From the NCBI GenBank assembly GCA_002104905.1, contig MCFE01000287.1, positions 1 to 64,000 of the forward strand: a stretch of DNA of 64,000 bases, read 5' to 3'. Shown in pieces: positions 60,613-64,000 of the stretch; the stretch's first letter is position 1, and every line of letters begins with the position of its first letter. The position numbers and the translations under genes were made by a program. The stretch is from Basidiobolus meristosporus CBS 931.73 (lineage: Eukaryota; Fungi; Basidiobolomycota). Below the pieces are notes generated by a model. The model was not told the DNA's origin. It saw only the letters and a list, made by a program, of their open reading frames with translations, and did not search any database.

Positions 60613-63600
60613 ATGTCCGAGGCATTTCATAGACCTATTGAAGATCCGAACATTACCTGGTCTCCGGAGCACCGGGAGCCAATAGCTTATAGAACAACAG
60701 ATCATCAAGAAGCCGGGACTCATCACCATGGCGTATACTTCGGTGAAGGAGTGGATGTTGAAATCAATCTTGCGGAAGAGACATTTGCTGGCCTAACTCG
60801 AACTTTATCTCGCTCTCCAGCAGATGCCAATAGTGCTGAGAAAGGCGAGAAAGAATTTGACCTTGAGAAGCATTTAAATGCTGCTGTCAAGTACAAGAAG
60901 GAAAAAGGAATACACACTAAGAATCTGGGCCTAACATTCAAGAAACTTTCGGTATTTGGCGAGGAAAGAGACTTCCAGTTGATTAGCACAATTGGAACCG
61001 AGTTTTTAAGTGCCTTCGATCTCATACCCTGGTTTCGAAATCTATTTAAAAAGAAACCAACAGATTACCGTGAAATCCTTCACAATATTACCGGATACTG
61101 TAAAACAGGCGAGATGTTGTTAGTTTTGGGCAGACCTGGCAGCGGTTGTTCTACACTACTGCGTGTGCTTGCGAACCAGCGCAAAACCTACAGAAAGATC
61201 GACGGCGAGGTGTTGTACGGTGGAATCTCTGCAGTCGAATTTGGGAAACGTTTCAAAGGTCAGGTGACATACAACCAGGAAGATGATCAGCATTACCCGA
61301 CACTGACAGTCAAACAAACTCTTGACTTTGCCATCAAATGCAAGGCCCCAACTTCAAAGATCGTGGGTGATCGTGGAAACTTCATACGACTTTTCAGAGA
61401 GGCGCTTCTGAGCATGTTTGGTCTGAAGGATGCATCTGACACAATTGTCGGAGGAACAATGGTGCGAGGTGTGTCTGGTGGTGAGAGGAAGCGAGTGAGC
61501 ATTGCTGAGCAAATGGGTACACGCTCTCCGATCAGTATCTGGGATGGTAGCACAAAGGGATTGGATGCTTCCAGTGCCTTGGATTATGTCCGCTGTCTTC
61601 GCATTCAGACGAATATCTTAGGGACAACTACTGTGGCGACCATCTACCAGGCATCTGAGAGTATATACGAGCTGTTCGATAACGTGTTGCTTCTTCATGA
61701 GGGCTACTGTATCTACTTTGGGCCAGCGAACGAAGCGAAGGGATATTTCGAGTCGATTGGGTTCGAGTGTCCCCCGAGACAAACCACCGCTGATTTTCTG
61801 ACTGGGGTCACGTCGATGAACGAGCGAAGAGTCCGAAGCGGGTTTGAAAGCAAGGTGCCCAACACCCCGGAGGAGTATGAAAACTGCTACAAACAAAGCT
61901 CGTTCTATCAAGCGACTGTTAAGGAGTTGCAAGAGTTTGAGCAGGCACAAAAGGAGAGGAATGTGGAGGAGGATTTCCGAACAGCGATGCAAGAGGAGAA
62001 GACCACAGGTACCTCGGCGAAGAGTCCATACACTGTCGGGTATTTCTCCCAGCTGAAGGCGTGTTTGGTTCGACAGTTCCAACTGATTTTGGGCAACAAG
62101 GCCGCCTTGTATTTCCGGTTTATATTCAACATTCTGATGGCAATTATCGAAGGATCGGTGTATTTTAAACTTCCATTAGATGGCACTGGAGCCTTTACTC
62201 GCGGTGGTATTCTGTTCTTCTCTTTAATGTTCAATACATTGAGCGCCCAGGCAGAGATTCCGAATGCGTTGAATGGGCGTGGGGTACTTTACAAGCATAA
62301 ATCTTTTGCATTGTATCGCCCTAGTGCCTTCTATATTTCACAGGTGATCTCAGACATACCGTTCAATCTGTCCCAGATTGTAGTATTCTCGTGCATTCTT
62401 TACTGGATGGTAGGACTGCACCCTACAGCTGGACAATTCTTTCTGTTTATCCTGGCTATATTCCTAACCTCATTAACCGTGACTGCGATGTTTCGAATGA
62501 TTGCAATCTTCTCGAAAGATATAGATAGTGCCACACGTGGGGTCGGGTGTATAATCTTGGTTTACCTCTTATACACTGGTTATTTGATCCATCCTGTTGA
62601 CATGCATCCGTGGTTCAAGTGGATTTACTACATTAATCCTATTGGCTATGGCTTAGGCGCTTTACTAGTCAATGAGTTCAATGGGTTGGTGTTCTCTTGT
62701 TCAGGAACAACGCTCATCCCATTCGGTCCATCGTACAACGACATCGCACATCAGGTGTGCACCATCATGGGTTCAAATCCTGGTGTTCCAGATGTCCAAG
62801 GAAGCGACTATCTCTACGAGACATTTGGACTCAGGAACAACAGATACTGGATCAACATCGGAGCGTTGCTTGGGTTCTGGCTACTGTTCATCATCATTAC
62901 CTGTGTGGGTATTGAGGTGGTCGAGTTCGGCAAAGGTGGCTATACCACTCAAGTCTACAAATCAAGATGTAACCCGGATTCGAAAAGCGCACCCGCCCAG
63001 TTGTTGAAGAGTGCCGAGGAGCATGATAATCTTATTAATTCGGGGGAAGAACCTAAGGGAGAAACACTTTCCTGGAGCCATATCAATTATACTGTACCAG
63101 TCAAGGGTGTACCTGGCGGCCGTCAGCTGCTACACGATGTGTCCGGATGGTCCGCTCCTGGAAAACTGACAGCCCTCATGGGGTCATCAGGTGCTGGGAA
63201 AACCACCTTGCTGGATGTTCTGGCCCAGCGAAAGACCATTGGTAAGGTCGAAGGACGTATCCTTGTTGGCGAGGTGCCCCAAGGCCCCGATTTCAAGCGG
63301 ATCTCGGGGTACTGTGAGCAAATGGACATCCACAACCCAGTGGCCACGGTCCGTGAGGCTTTGAAGTTCTCCGCCTACCTGCGCCAACCGGAGGAGGTGT
63401 CGAAGGCAGAGAAGGATGCTTACGTGGAGTCCATCATCAAGCTGTTGGACATGACCGACATCGCGGACGCTCTGATCGGTGAGGTGGAGACCGGGCTTGG
63501 CATATCGATCGAGGCCAGGAAGCGCTTGACCATTGGCCTGGAGTTGGTGGCCAAACCCAAGATTCTGTTCCTCGACGAGCCCACCTCTGGGCTGGACTCT

Positions 63601-64000
63601 CAGGCCTCGTACAACATAGTGCGCTTCTTGCGCACTCTTGCGGACGAGGGACAATCGATTGTGTGCACCATCCATCAGCCCAGCGCGCTTCTCTTCTCCT
63701 TCTTCGATAGTATGCTGTTGCTGGCGCGAGGAGGGAAGACCATCTACTTTGGTCCGATAGGAGACGATGCAAGCATACTGCTGAACTACTTCAGCAAGAA
63801 TGGAGCCGAGAAATGTCCGGACGATGCCAATCCTGCCGAGTACATCCTTGATGTAATCGGCGCGGGTGTTGCATCCGAGTCTACAAAAGATTGGCCTGAG
63901 ATTTGGAGCAATTCACCTGAGTGTACAGAAATACTAAAAAGGTTAGAAAAGATTGAGCCTGTATCTGATGCTCCTCGGCAACAAGAGTACGCAACTCGGC
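60613..64000 (+). CDS. Full-size PDR-type (ABCG) ABC transporter, 3' partial
   Basis: Open frame from ATG 60613 to the window end, so it is absent from the ORF track. NBD1 GRPGSGCST and VSGGERKRVSIAE, TMD1, NBD2 GSSGAGKTT, ISIEARKRLTIG, FLDEPTSGLDSQ. Confidence 0.95.
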   Translation, partial: MSEAFHRPIEDPNITWSPEHREPIAYRTTDHQEAGTHHHGVYFGEGVDVEINLAEETFAGLTRTLSRSPADANSAEKGEKEFDLEKHLNAAVKYKKEKGIHTKNLGLTFKKLSVFGEERDFQLISTIGTEFLSAFDLIPWFRNLFKKKPTDYREILHNITGYCKTGEMLLVLGRPGSGCSTLLRVLANQRKTYRKIDGEVLYGGISAVEFGKRFKGQVTYNQEDDQHYPTLTVKQTLDFAIKCKAPTSKIVGDRGNFIRLFREALLSMFGLKDASDTIVGGTMVRGVSGGERKRVSIAEQMGTRSPISIWDGSTKGLDASSALDYVRCLRIQTNILGTTTVATIYQASESIYELFDNVLLLHEGYCIYFGPANEAKGYFESIGFECPPRQTTADFLTGVTSMNERRVRSGFESKVPNTPEEYENCYKQSSFYQATVKELQEFEQAQKERNVEEDFRTAMQEEKTTGTSAKSPYTVGYFSQLKACLVRQFQLILGNKAALYFRFIFNILMAIIEGSVYFKLPLDGTGAFTRGGILFFSLMFNTLSAQAEIPNALNGRGVLYKHKSFALYRPSAFYISQVISDIPFNLSQIVVFSCILYWMVGLHPTAGQFFLFILAIFLTSLTVTAMFRMIAIFSKDIDSATRGVGCIILVYLLYTGYLIHPVDMHPWFKWIYYINPIGYGLGALLVNEFNGLVFSCSGTTLIPFGPSYNDIAHQVCTIMGSNPGVPDVQGSDYLYETFGLRNNRYWINIGALLGFWLLFIIITCVGIEVVEFGKGGYTTQVYKSRCNPDSKSAPAQLLKSAEEHDNLINSGEEPKGETLSWSHINYTVPVKGVPGGRQLLHDVSGWSAPGKLTALMGSSGAGKTTLLDVLAQRKTIGKVEGRILVGEVPQGPDFKRISGYCEQMDIHNPVATVREALKFSAYLRQPEEVSKAEKDAYVESIIKLLDMTDIADALIGEVETGLGISIEARKRLTIGLELVAKPKILFLDEPTSGLDSQASYNIVRFLRTLADEGQSIVCTIHQPSALLFSFFDSMLLLARGGKTIYFGPIGDDASILLNYFSKNGAEKCPDDANPAEYILDVIGAGVASESTKDWPEIWSNSPECTEILKRLEKIEPVSDAPRQQEYATR

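Noticed and set aside
60723-63772. Minus-strand and alternative-frame ORFs at the right end
   Set aside because: All overlap the long plus-strand PDR transporter frame.

Overview
Eukaryotic, intron-containing fungal genomic DNA. Short GT-AG introns of about 50-120 nt and the gene content suggest an early-diverging fungus (Zoopagomycota/Mucoromycota, Basidiobolus-like); this is inference only. About 33 protein-coding loci are supportable. Housekeeping genes include YSC84/LSB3, AMPK/Snf1 beta subunit, RACK1/ASC1, PNS1, a HIT protein, PDE2, SSH4, QCR2, SGT1, GLR1, VTS1, SEC2, RNase H1, a C2H2 factor, a PPR protein, two ornithine aminotransferases, and a PDR-type ABC transporter that runs off the right end. 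Notable items: (1) a tandem array of four diverged, intronless tubby/LURP-like paralogs, with a possible frameshifted fifth copy; (2) a 1658-bp inverted repeat carrying two OAT genes with different promoters, showing signs of gene conversion and one-sided C>T/G>A divergence; (3) a U24/snR24 C/D snoRNA inside a RACK1 intron; (4) a GKUP-like nucleotidyltransferase-glucuronokinase fusion; (5) a secreted tectonin beta-propeller; (6) an intact ORF resembling only the N-terminal half of a DNA transposase; (7) a PDE with an apparently intact receiver domain; (8) a near-perfect 13-bp G-rich minisatellite. Spliced gene models were inferred by eye, and family names come from recalled motifs, not database searches. 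No CRISPR array, tRNA or rRNA was found.
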